A stretch of DNA of 64,000 nucleotides from Myxococcota bacterium (lineage in GTDB: Bacteria; Myxococcota_A; SURF-8). Positions 17,678 through 28,500 of this stretch are shown here, in pieces; position 1 is the stretch's first letter, and each line of letters starts with the position of its first letter. The notes below the pieces were generated by a model that worked only from the letters and a program-made list of their open reading frames with translations, was not told where the DNA came from and did no database searches. A program made the translations under genes and the position numbers. The stretch spans positions 1,184,001 to 1,248,000 of the forward strand of contig OZ223209.1 of assembly GCA_965140415.1 (NCBI GenBank). Reading direction: 5' to 3'.

Positions 17678-20326
17678 TCAAAGTTCGTTTCCTACGTCCA
17701 AGGAGGTGGAAGGGAAAGGAGGCTTGGAAGTCGATGTTTTTTCGTAGTTTTTTTCAAGCTCCCATTTTATTATCCCCTTGGCCCGTCTGCGCGAAAGGAA
17801 ATAATGGCACTCATATTTGTGATCGGCATCGGGGGCTAAATCTTGAACGGGAATGTCAGTCGGGGCCGTTTTAAAAAGTTGCGAAAAACGCCGGGTGCGG
17901 GCCTGAGCGGTGCGCTTTCCAAGCTCGCGGACAAAAAGCTGGTGATCGTCCGCGAGGGCGACGAGATCCCTTGCGCACAACGGTGCGCCGTCGTTGTGCG
18001 CCAGCCAGGCCGAGAAAAAAAGCTTGAAATCTGGGGACGTGACGGGAGAAGACGCAAGAAAACCGGAGATGCCATGCATGGCCAAGAGCCCGTCGAGCGC
18101 GTGCGCCCAAGTTTCGAAAGTGGAAAGGTGGGCCTTTCCTCTGGGCTGACCTGCAAGAAACCAGGCGCGGACCAATAACAGCGCAGCACGCAGGCCCTCC
18201 AAACGGTGACGGCGCAAAAATTGCAGCAGATCCGCATGGCGAAAGCTCGCGGGGTCTTGTCTTCTTCGGCGTTGAAGGCGAACACGTACGAGGCGACGGG
18301 CCAGCTCGGGCGTCGTACTAAGATGATTGGCCGTCAGACACCAGGAGCTGCGATTCGTAAGCTTGATTATTTCGGAGTGGCCCAGGCGGCGGGAACACCA
18401 CTCGGTGGAAGAAATCACGCTGGCCAGCGAGGGAGAATCAAGCAGGAAGGACAGGTTGTCGAAACAGATGAAGTCCGCCGAATCACACAACAAAGCTGTG
18501 ATCTGTTTGCGGCGCTCGCTTTCATCCTTGTCCAGCACGGTCATCGTCGGGCCATGACCCAATAAAATCGTGCCGATCGCCTGCACCAATAGGGTTTTAC
18601 CAACGCCGGGCTGTGGAGCTTCGATACTGAACAGCGGGGTTGGGGCGTGGAGCGCATCGAGCAAAAAAGGTTGCAGTAGCAGCGCGAACGCATGAGCCCG
18701 GTCACTTGCGGAGACGAAGGGGAAATCATGAAACAGATGTTCATCGAACCACTGCACGGCGCGGCGGCACTCTTCCGGAGATGGATTCTCGGGGATAGCG
18801 GGCAGTTCCTCATCGAGCGAGACGTACAAGCGGCTGTCGGCGTAGTAACCGGAACGCGCCAGCAGACGACCTTCCGAATCGAAACAGGGACGGCGGCGGA
18901 CTCCAAGAAGTTCCGGCCATTTCGGATCGGGATTTACACAGAGATCTCGGGCCAATTCGCGATTCGGGCGGGATGGGCGCCGGTTTGGATTTTCACCGCG
19001 CACCCAATCCGCCGCCCGAACCAGCAGTCCGAAGGACAAAGCCTCCGTCAGGGGTTTCAGTCGGCCTCCTTCTTGCTCGGAATCGAGCAGGAGGGATTGG
19101 CCATCCAACCTGAACAGGCGCGGCGGAGAACCATAGGCTTTTCGTAGCGCACGATGCGTGTCCAATAGGACATCGCGAAACTGGCGCCCGTCTACTCGGA
19201 TTTCAGGGTGCTTTTCATCCTTTTCAAGATCCATTGGCGGTGGGCAACCGGCCAGGTTGCCCACACGTTGCACGGCGTCTTTAAAATCCTGCGCCTGCCC
19301 GGTGCGTTGCATGAACGAAAAGACGGAAACCGTTTCGCCGGAACGAAACGAATGAAACGAGCCGCGTTCGGCGGGACCGCTACCATCCGCGACGCTGGCG
19401 GAAGGACGACGATCGCCGCTGGGACTGGCCGGGTCTCGGCATTCCAGCCAGCCGCCGGAGCTGGCTCTTCCGGTCAGCCACGGGCCATACACATCTTCCA
19501 ATGGGAGGCGGTCGAGGGCGTTTTGCCGCCAGTCCGGGAAAGAGTCGTACAGGGCTTGCAAATCGAAAGCGGGGGAGGGCAGCTCCGGCGAGGAAATGAC
19601 AGGCGGTTCTAGTTCCTCTTTCACCTCGGTTGTTTGGTTTAGCCGATCGGGAGGGTTGGGGCGGAAGTCGGCGGGTGAAACCGGCCTGAAGCCCTGCTCG
19701 GTAGGGCAGAAAAACCGGCAGGCGCCGGGCTGCGCACCCTGCCAACCCGGCAGCCAAACGAAATTTCCCAGTCCCTGTCGCGTTGTCAGCGCAGCCTGTT
19801 TGGGAAAAATTTCCACCCGGCGGCGCGTTGCCTCATCCAGCTTTGAGAGCAGCTTCTTAGCGAGACGGCGCAATCGATGCGCCTCTACAGGCTCGCTAAA
19901 GAGCAACCACACATGCCAGCCATGGCCCGAAGCGGAGCGCTCCGCCAGGGGAAATAGATGCAAGGTTTCCGTCGCGGCAAAAACCTGTTTCATCGTCGCG
20001 TCGGGATCGGGCAGGGCATCGGCGTGATCCGGTCCCCCATCGAAGTCCAGGCAAAGCCAGCGACTTCTACCCAGCGCGTCCGGTGCATAGCTGCCCAGCC
20101 GAAAGCGACCGAAGAGACGGCGGGTTTTCCCGTGCAGGGTGCAACCGGCCAGCGGCGCCTGCGGGCCGAGCAGATGCGCCGTGAGCAAGGCGTCCAGATC
20201 GTCGGGCCGAACCGGGTGTGGGCGGCCCCACGGCATGGCGGCGGCCACGATATCCGTGCGATTGAAAAAGAAATCTTTCAACAACGTCAGCCAGTCGATC
20301 ACAGCAGCAGGGGTCAAGTCGGTCAC
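17678..20326 (-). CDS. Archaeo-eukaryotic primase (TOTE-AEP-like) fused to a P-loop helicase-like domain; replication protein of a mobile element
   Basis: WLCLDFD, ERSASGHGWHVWL, EIFPKQ, GNFVWLP; C-terminal APQPGVGKT (Walker A), FDNL, LTAN; GTG start after AGGAGG; GC-richer than neighbours. Confidence 0.82.
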   Translation of the reverse strand: MTDLTPAAVIDWLTLLKDFFFNRTDIVAAAMPWGRPHPVRPDDLDALLTAHLLGPQAPLAGCTLHGKTRRLFGRFRLGSYAPDALGRSRWLCLDFDGGPDHADALPDPDATMKQVFAATETLHLFPLAERSASGHGWHVWLLFSEPVEAHRLRRLAKKLLSKLDEATRRRVEIFPKQAALTTRQGLGNFVWLPGWQGAQPGACRFFCPTEQGFRPVSPADFRPNPPDRLNQTTEVKEELEPPVISSPELPSPAFDLQALYDSFPDWRQNALDRLPLEDVYGPWLTGRASSGGWLECRDPASPSGDRRPSASVADGSGPAERGSFHSFRSGETVSVFSFMQRTGQAQDFKDAVQRVGNLAGCPPPMDLEKDEKHPEIRVDGRQFRDVLLDTHRALRKAYGSPPRLFRLDGQSLLLDSEQEGGRLKPLTEALSFGLLVRAADWVRGENPNRRPSRPNRELARDLCVNPDPKWPELLGVRRRPCFDSEGRLLARSGYYADSRLYVSLDEELPAIPENPSPEECRRAVQWFDEHLFHDFPFVSASDRAHAFALLLQPFLLDALHAPTPLFSIEAPQPGVGKTLLVQAIGTILLGHGPTMTVLDKDESERRKQITALLCDSADFICFDNLSFLLDSPSLASVISSTEWCSRRLGHSEIIKLTNRSSWCLTANHLSTTPELARRLVRVRLQRRRRQDPASFRHADLLQFLRRHRLEGLRAALLLVRAWFLAGQPRGKAHLSTFETWAHALDGLLAMHGISGFLASSPVTSPDFKLFFSAWLAHNDGAPLCARDLVALADDHQLFVRELGKRTAQARTRRFSQLFKTAPTDIPVQDLAPDADHKYECHYFLSRRRAKGIIKWELEKNYEKTSTSKPPFPSTSLDVGNEL

Positions 20327-20931
20327 GGGAAATCCTCCTAAATGCTTCAGGGCGGAAATCGCCCGAAAAAAACATCGGAGGAAAACGTTTTTTCAAAGGG
20401 ACGATTTTTTTATACCAAGAAATCCGGGGGGGCTGCAAGAGACGTAGAGCAGCAAAAAGCAGCGCAGCGGAGCATGAGGGTTGGCACAGCAGCGGCAGGC
20501 AGCGGGAAGGACAACAGGGACGGCAACAAGCGACCCGAGAGGCTGGAAGGATGTAAAAAAAGAAAGTGCGGATAGTATTCTTATAGTATTTTTTTCTCCC
20601 GGAAAATTGCGCGAAGGGAAGAAAAAAAACGTTGTTTTCGTCAAAACCAACCTAAGCTAATGAAATAAAAAAAGATATTAGGGGTGTAATAAAAAAAAGT
20701 GTTCCCGCCTTTCTCCCTTCATACCCCCTGAAAATCGTTTCGGAAGTAAAACTGGTTTTGAGTTAAAAACTTTTACATGATGTAAGGAATGTGAAAATTT
20801 ATTGCTCCATTTTTTTCATTCATTAGTTTGACTTTTAGAAGGTCTTGATTAGAATGGCCAGTCATGGTTTAAGTACAACCAAATCCCTCATTACCAAAAA
20901 TTCGTGGCGGACAACAGTAGAGGTATGCTTT

Positions 20932-23900
20932 ATGGCTCCAAGCAATGATCTCAATCGATGTAGGCTTAAAGATTACGGTCTGATGATGTCGTTTCATGCC
21001 ACACCGCCGGATCGAATCTTTAGCATTTTCGACGAACTCAAAGATCATTACGCCCGCTTTCGCGATCCCTTGTTTCTGACCTGTAAAGAATATGAGGAAA
21101 AGAGCAAGCGCCCGAGAACGAAGGATTTCAAAGAGAAGAAACGGGAGTTTGAAAAGTTTTTCTATCATCCGTTTTTCGCGTTTCTGTTCGGTCCCTTCGA
21201 CGCCATGAGCATGGCGCTGGTGGATCATTATGAGCTATCGATGTTTCTGCATCCTCCTTCTTCCTCTTCCCTCCAGGTCGCCTTTCACGCCGTTCCGCAG
21301 AATTTTCCTTCGAAGAGTCAGATAAAGGTGTTTTCAGAACAATGTCCTGCTCTTGCAGGTTTCGACCCGCGACTTCGGGAAAAGCACATCACAGAAACCG
21401 TAAAAAGCGTGTTCGTTTCGCCGCTGTCCATGTTCGGCAACGAGTTGTTCCCGACACAGGATTTTACGGAGCATTTGATCTCGAAATTACAGGCTCATGG
21501 GTTATTGAAAAAGGAACTTCCTGGGTTACCGGAGAAATATCCTCTCAATAAGCAAGTTCATTACATGCTGCATACCGTTTTTAAGCCCATACCCTACCCG
21601 GAATTGAGTAAACCCAAGCCCCCTTCCGATTCGCAATTAGGGAAGCTTTTCGACTTGATGCAGAGCGCCGATTTTATTGAGCCTGGTAGTTCTCTTGCGC
21701 TTTATAAAGATGTTGTCACTGCGGTCTATGTCAAATCCATTGACGATCTGAAAAACGAAAAACGCAACGAGCCGATCCACCGGCAGCGCAAACGCCTTGC
21801 CAACGAAATGCCGCTGATCGCCATTGTCAAGATCAAACTCAACGCCGTGCTGCTGCTTACCTTTGGGGCCTCGCTGGTACGTCGAATCAACCGGGCCATG
21901 CGTGCGTTGTTGCATACTTACCGCGACGAGGACGATGGGAGCCTCAGGTACAACCCTTTGGAATGCGATCTTAAAGTAAAAGTCACGGCGCTGGAGCCCA
22001 TGGGCTGGAGCGAGCTGAGCTTATGCTTAATATCAAATAATTACGAGGACTTGGCCGCGGCCATCCTTCGCATCCGCGAGGCAAAGCTCTCTGATTTGAT
22101 CATCGAACCCGATCCCGAAGCAACTGGGAAGGAAGCAGAAAACGAAAGCATCCTGAAACAGGCGGCCTATCAGTTAAAAGAACCCTGGTTCCCAACGGAT
22201 CTCAGCAGTTTCCCACTGTTGCGGCTCTTCCACGGCGACCGCAACAAGGCAGAAATCTTGTTTTCGACCTTCCTGCTTGAAGCTCTTGCCAACCCCGCCT
22301 TTGCCGATTTGGCTTCCGGTGGCTTCCGGCATGAATATCCCCATGTTTATGCGCGCCGCACCACGTCGGATGAGCCCTTGTATCAGGACGCACCGCTCGG
22401 CTTGTATTTTCGGGAGCTGTGCCATCTTTTCGGTGTACCCGATAAAGATGGAAAACATGATAATCCCAACTTGAGGGGCGAAATTGAAAGCGCCATAAAG
22501 GACTATCTGGCCCAGTCGAAAACCAATCCACCCAAGTCGCTGCTGAGTTTTTTGCGCCCGGTGTTTGAACGACCTACTATGGATGATCCACCTTCCCCCC
22601 ATGATTGGGAGGACAACGAGAAAAAAAATTTAGAACGAGAACAACGGAATTACCTGGGGCGCTGTTATCACGCGGTGCTCTCCCGCATCCTGGCGCACTT
22701 CGACGAATTGCCTCCCTTTCTTGCAAACGAGACCTGGAAACAGCATCTGGCTGGATACGATAAGACCGTCGAGGATATCATCAAAGAGATGCACCTGGCG
22801 GTGGATAGCAACGCGAAAGACATCAACCTGATCAGCATTACGCATTCCTTCTTCGGCGTGGGCCGTACATTTATGGAAACCTTGCGAGATTTCTGTTTTC
22901 AGCGTGGCGACTTCGAAGATTTGAATAGTAAGGACGAAGCGAAACGCGCGCAGGCGGAGCAAGCGAAAACGGAACTGCTTGCCTCGTTGGATAATATCAA
23001 CGGGTTTGTGCTGCCTTCGATCGGGTTCAATGCCCGCCCGGGTAAACTGAATGCTCTTTATAATAAACTAAATGAGTTGGCTTATGATCTGATCAATATT
23101 AATGCGGCCACCGATGAAAACTCCTCCTTTAACGATAAACCCCACTTGCGCCGATTGCTCAATGACCTGAAAAACCAGCCCATTCCAGTTCCGGAAGACT
23201 TTGGTGAGGGGAAGTACATTCTGGTTGAACCGGGCAAAACGGATATGAATTTGCAGTTTTCGTGGTTTAAGGAAAGCTCCAAAGACTGGATCTTCAATCC
23301 TCGTGCTCCAATTCCGACAAGGCTTTTCCTCTTGCTATTGATGGCGTCAATGACGACGCTAGCAAAACAGGAAGACAGCGAGGCCTCGCCCGCCTCCGTT
23401 CCCAAGAATTACCGCGCCTTCGCGTTGGAAATCTATCGGCAGCGCAGCTCGCTGGGGGTGTTGGTTGAGACCAAAAAAACCCCGGTCACGTTCATGGACC
23501 CAAAAAAACGGGCAGACGAGACGAAAAACGTGATGAACCCCAATTTTCAGTTATTGGAGCTTTTGCGACTGGGCGAGTTGTACGATCTGTATTTAAAAAG
23601 CAACATCCGCAAACTGGGAATTCCAAAGCATTTAAAAAACGAGTTGCGCCTGATGTTGGGCGTCTACGATTCGATCATTACCGATCCGATTCAGTTCGAC
23701 GCCATTTTGGAGCTTGGCCCCTCTTTGGTGCGTTCGCTAAAATACATTCAGGAATGTATGGATACGAAAACGCCCGGGAAGAAGATCCTACTCGAATCCA
23801 AAAAGCAGGAAAAGCTTATTGAAGATATCGAATTCAGCTTGAGACGTTTGCGCGACGGCTTTTCCAATCGCTATAGCAGTTCCTTCGCTCTAACGGAACT

Positions 23901-25596
23901 TTCCGATGTCACGCTTGAAGTAAAGGGCCCGATTCAGCATCTCCTTACAAGCCTCGATGGAATCCTTGCTTCGGCGCTACAAGATCTGCCTAACTTCGTA
24001 GATCACGCCGATCCGCTGGACTGGCCGATGCGTTCCGGTTTTGCCGTGATCGGCGAAAAGACCTCTGTAACTACCTTGCTGCCAATAGGGTCTATTACTC
24101 GCCAAAATATGGTGGAAATGTATCAGGCAGAGCACGTGATGACCTTGTATCACGAAGCGCTACATACCTTGCTTGTCATGTCCGAGTTCGACCCCTTACG
24201 CGAATTGCTTAAGCATTACAGCAACGGCACCTTCGGCTCCAATATCGAATATGAGAATAGGACACCGATTTTGGAAGAGATCATGTCGGATTGTTTGTTG
24301 GCGGAGAGGGTGTTTTTCCCTGAGCTGGGCGATCTCCTGAGCGACCCGAACGAAGAACAGAAAAATGATCGCGCCAACCGTTTCAAAGAAAGCAATCGTC
24401 ACTTTTTACGCTGGCTTTCGTTCAATTTCCTGCAAATCGGTACGTCTTCCGATCCGACCCTGCAAGAGTTGGAAAAGGATTTTTATCGCCGTGCCCGTTT
24501 CTTTGCCCGTTTGATTTTCGCCATGAATCTCGACGAAGAAGACCAGTTGGACCTCGCCGATAAGGACTATTTCAAGACCTGGGAAGAACGTTTTCATAGC
24601 CCGATGCGCATGGCAAACTATTTCCTCCCGAAACTTTCCGGTTTCAAGGATGAGTTGAGTGCGCACATTCCGCCCAGTGCCCTCTCAGAAGAGACTCTGA
24701 AGAACAAGAATGGTGTGGGTTGGAAGTTTTGGGTTCTGTTGCATCAGAAGTTCCAACACCTGGTTCTTGCGCCGGAAGGCTTGTTGAAACTCGAATACGA
24801 GCATCAGGTCCAGCTATTCGAGAAATTAAAAGAGAATTTCGACATCGAACAGGATATTGCATCTCAGGACGAGCATTTAAGAAAGAAATTCGAAACTCGG
24901 CTGGAAAAGATCAAGTGTCTGTTGCAAAATTTTGTGAACAAGGCGCACGACGATCTACCTCCCCCCATGCTGCATTTCCTATTGACGATGAAGTATTTGC
25001 TATGGGGATTTCGGAGCTACGACACCCACGAAAACCTGCCTTTGGTCGGTGCGGATAGATGGGAAACCCTTAGCAAAGAAGATTTTATCGATTACCGCCA
25101 AAATCGCCTGGCCGCCTTCACTCTCGATCCGATCCGTGACCCCGACTATCTTGGTCCCCTTGACGGCTCTCCCTCCATAAAGGATATCGATTGTCAATTT
25201 AGTCGAGGATATGGTTTCATCAGTAAGGTGTTCTCTCAATACCTGGAACATCTCTTCGATCCACCTATAAATAAAGGTGAAAATAAAGATTGGCCGCGAA
25301 CCCCTTTCAAGCGTTTGGGTCGCGCGGAAACAGACTGCTCCCCTGAATTTGAGGAAGGCGATCCGCCCCTGTTGGCCGATCCGGCTGGCGGCTCTTTTAC
25401 GCCTGACTTCGAGTATCGCCGCCTTTATTTTGGCGCTGGCGAGGTTTGCATGTTTTCGCTTTGGGATTATGGTTTATTTGCTCGCCGCCGGAAATTGTTG
25501 AACCTTTTATTGCGCCCCTTCGTTAAAGCTCAATCAGGAGATTACAAGGAGTTTTTGGGAGAAGACAAAAAGGTCGAGGAGGTGAGGGAAGTATAA
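20932..25596 (+). CDS. Large uncharacterised protein (~1550 aa) with C-terminal HExxH zincin-like motif (frame open from 20845)
   Basis: Long ORF; LYHEALHTL followed by EEIMSD; N-terminal recurring beta-G-x-x-D/E motifs (FGPFDA, MGWSEL, PGKTDM). Confidence 0.8.
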   Translation: MAPSNDLNRCRLKDYGLMMSFHATPPDRIFSIFDELKDHYARFRDPLFLTCKEYEEKSKRPRTKDFKEKKREFEKFFYHPFFAFLFGPFDAMSMALVDHYELSMFLHPPSSSSLQVAFHAVPQNFPSKSQIKVFSEQCPALAGFDPRLREKHITETVKSVFVSPLSMFGNELFPTQDFTEHLISKLQAHGLLKKELPGLPEKYPLNKQVHYMLHTVFKPIPYPELSKPKPPSDSQLGKLFDLMQSADFIEPGSSLALYKDVVTAVYVKSIDDLKNEKRNEPIHRQRKRLANEMPLIAIVKIKLNAVLLLTFGASLVRRINRAMRALLHTYRDEDDGSLRYNPLECDLKVKVTALEPMGWSELSLCLISNNYEDLAAAILRIREAKLSDLIIEPDPEATGKEAENESILKQAAYQLKEPWFPTDLSSFPLLRLFHGDRNKAEILFSTFLLEALANPAFADLASGGFRHEYPHVYARRTTSDEPLYQDAPLGLYFRELCHLFGVPDKDGKHDNPNLRGEIESAIKDYLAQSKTNPPKSLLSFLRPVFERPTMDDPPSPHDWEDNEKKNLEREQRNYLGRCYHAVLSRILAHFDELPPFLANETWKQHLAGYDKTVEDIIKEMHLAVDSNAKDINLISITHSFFGVGRTFMETLRDFCFQRGDFEDLNSKDEAKRAQAEQAKTELLASLDNINGFVLPSIGFNARPGKLNALYNKLNELAYDLININAATDENSSFNDKPHLRRLLNDLKNQPIPVPEDFGEGKYILVEPGKTDMNLQFSWFKESSKDWIFNPRAPIPTRLFLLLLMASMTTLAKQEDSEASPASVPKNYRAFALEIYRQRSSLGVLVETKKTPVTFMDPKKRADETKNVMNPNFQLLELLRLGELYDLYLKSNIRKLGIPKHLKNELRLMLGVYDSIITDPIQFDAILELGPSLVRSLKYIQECMDTKTPGKKILLESKKQEKLIEDIEFSLRRLRDGFSNRYSSSFALTELSDVTLEVKGPIQHLLTSLDGILASALQDLPNFVDHADPLDWPMRSGFAVIGEKTSVTTLLPIGSITRQNMVEMYQAEHVMTLYHEALHTLLVMSEFDPLRELLKHYSNGTFGSNIEYENRTPILEEIMSDCLLAERVFFPELGDLLSDPNEEQKNDRANRFKESNRHFLRWLSFNFLQIGTSSDPTLQELEKDFYRRARFFARLIFAMNLDEEDQLDLADKDYFKTWEERFHSPMRMANYFLPKLSGFKDELSAHIPPSALSEETLKNKNGVGWKFWVLLHQKFQHLVLAPEGLLKLEYEHQVQLFEKLKENFDIEQDIASQDEHLRKKFETRLEKIKCLLQNFVNKAHDDLPPPMLHFLLTMKYLLWGFRSYDTHENLPLVGADRWETLSKEDFIDYRQNRLAAFTLDPIRDPDYLGPLDGSPSIKDIDCQFSRGYGFISKVFSQYLEHLFDPPINKGENKDWPRTPFKRLGRAETDCSPEFEEGDPPLLADPAGGSFTPDFEYRRLYFGAGEVCMFSLWDYGLFARRRKLLNLLLRPFVKAQSGDYKEFLGEDKKVEEVREV

Positions 25597-28500
25597 TGCC
25601 TGTCGACTTCACCCAACTATTAGCTGATTTCAAGCCCGAATTTGTTGAAACCTTGGATCGTCTTCGATCCCAGGAAGAACAACCCATTTTTTCCAAATTC
25701 AATGTCAATAAAACCAAACTGGACTCCCACTACGATACTGGGACCGAAGAATACACACAGAAAAAGAAGCAACTGGAAGATACAAAAGAAAAGGAAATGA
25801 AAAGTGTTGAAAAAGATTACGATCTCTTGCTCCGCGAATACGATCGAATCTCCTCTCTTTCCTACCGACAGGAATCGCATGCAAGCGAGCAGATTATATT
25901 TCCCTATAAACTCCTCATTTTATCGTATCACTTGATGCTTGACTACGAGTTGAATAGGACCGTCTTCGGCCTCCCAATGCGCGATTTTCTCGGAAGAAGA
26001 GCCCGAGCAATTCTATGGCGGATTCTTAATCCGCCTCTGGGTATGACCTCGATTCCGCAGCGCCTGTATTTTTCCTGTTGGTGGCTTATTTTTTACAGTT
26101 ACGCCTCTTCCGGTAATGCCCTGGGACTGTTTCAAGCCCGCCGAATTATGCTTAAGACTCTATTGCTTTACTCTAAAACAGTGGGCGTCTCGCGTCATAC
26201 CGTTAACGTATTTTGCTGCATAGTGGATCTAAATCTAGTCATGCAAGCAAGAAAAGATCAGAAACTCAAAAAGCCGATTTCCCACACTGATCCTCATTAT
26301 GATAAATTAAACAGCTTAGTCAACCTCCTTAGCGAAGATCCCTCCTCTAAATACCTGCAACGCGAACTTTCTACTCTTATTTCTGAAGCGAATGACCTAT
26401 TGTTTTCTTTTAAGTTAGAAAATCCATCTCAGGATTTCGAAGTATTTTCCATCGATATCGATTTACAAACCTGTCTCAATAGTCTGAGATTATTGGATAT
26501 CAAGGCTATACCTCTTTATCAGGATCTCTACTACGAATTACAATCTTTTTCCAAAATCGGCAGTAATGACAACCTCTCAATTTTCGAGAATATGTTCAGT
26601 CGTTATGCCAATGAACTTCTTGCGGATAAATTCGCTCCTTGCAACTTTATCCAAAAACTCGGCGCAAGGAAAATTATCGAATCCTTGTTAAGAGGACATT
26701 TCGATGAAACCTGCCCACTCAATGCTAGATCGATGCGCAGCAGATTTTCTCGGACTAAGATTCCGCAGGAAAGTCCACAAACACCTTTACAAGTCGTGGT
26801 GATAAACTCCCACACTAACATACACTCCTATCCCTCTTCATTTCTCACCAACTTATTCTTATATATTGAAGAAAAATACGAAGACTACGATGCTTCGAAT
26901 ATTGACACCTACCTCCGCTATCTGGTTGCGGAAATCGCCGAATCTTGCCTGAGATATGAATTGGAACTTGCGGCGGAGTTGATGACGCTGGCCCGCCTTC
27001 ATTTTATCTACCTGGAAAAGAGCAAAAAGAACATTCCTTCCGGTTTTAAACATCTGGGTAAATTTCTCGTAAAAATTGCTCCTGGCAAAGATAAGCGGTC
27101 CAACAGCGAGGTCAAAGCGAAGTTTCAGGAATACTTGAGTTCCCTTTCCTGGCCGACTGGAATGCGCCATTTCCTGCTTTCCTTGTTTCCTTCGAGTGGC
27201 GTCGGTGCGGATCACCTGGCCCTTTTAAACCAACCTCGAGGTCTTACGGATTCGGACGACGAAATTCGCATTCACTGTCTTCGTCGTTGGGGTTCGGATA
27301 CATCCCTGTTTACTTGGAACCGCGAAAAGGAACAGAACTGGGGGGGCGGATTCTTTATTTATGCCGGCAAGGACAGAGGAGTTGCGGTTGATCCCGGTCT
27401 GGATTTTCTTGATCTATTTTATATGTACACACCCTATCGCTTTTCGAACATCTCCAGCTACCTGATTACTCATACCCATATCGATCATGCCGGAGAATTC
27501 GAGAAAATGTTCTCGATCAGTGTGAAATATGCAGAACTGGCTAACAATATCCTAAAACCGTTGCAGATCATTTCCTCCAGGGATCGTGGCCATTATATAG
27601 AATGGATGAGTTGGACTAAAGAGGAGTGCCGACGCTGGCAGAGGATCAGAAAACTGAAGAACCCTAGTTGTTGTCCCATTATCGAAAAAAAGGATCAGGG
27701 GTTGCCTGAGTTGTTCAAGCAACGCTGTACAAGTGACAATGAAATTTGTCCTCGCCAGTTTCCTTTTATAAACAAATTGGTTGTAGTAAAAAAGACGATC
27801 GACGAAACAAGTGCAACCGAAGATACAGTGAGTATTCCTCTTACAGACACGAGTCAGATCGATCGTAATCAATGGGCAAAAGTGGTTCCCTTTAAGGCCG
27901 AGCATTATGAATGGCCACTTTCTAAACTCTTTCCAAAGTCTCATAAATACGACAGCAACTCATCCTATCCGAAGAAACGTCGCTCGTATGAGTTTCCTCC
28001 TAAATACTGGACCCCAGATACACCCTCGGATTACAGTGTTGGCTATAAACTAAGCATTAACCCCCCCGCCTCGCAAATGGATTCCTGGTACAATATCCTA
28101 ATTACTGGCGATTTCAGCTACAATCAGGTCAGTGAATTTAAGAAATCAGTGAATTCGGGGCGATTGAATCTCACCGATACGCATGTGATGATTGCCAACA
28201 TCAGTTCGGTCAAATCCAGCGAGTTGGATGAACACAACGGCGATCGTAATGGGGGCAACCATCTGGGACTTTGCGGGTTGATTGACATTGTAGAAATTGT
28301 GAAACCGAAGGTGCTGGTGATCACAGAAATAAATCGGGAACAGTCATTCAAAGATCTTCGCTGCAATCTGCTTGATCTGATCAAGTATCGTCTTAATATT
28401 AAGATGGGGGACGAAGCTCCACCGGTTTTCTTGAGTGAGCTTGGTTTGACCTTCATTTTGCGCGATGGAAAAATCCTGGTGGAATGCGCCTGCTCCTCAC

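Noticed and set aside
20482-20497. sigma54-like TGGCACAGCAGCGGCA upstream of the HExxH gene
   Set aside because: Spacing fits but the -12 box is CGGC rather than TTGC, and it lies ~440 bp upstream in low-complexity sequence.
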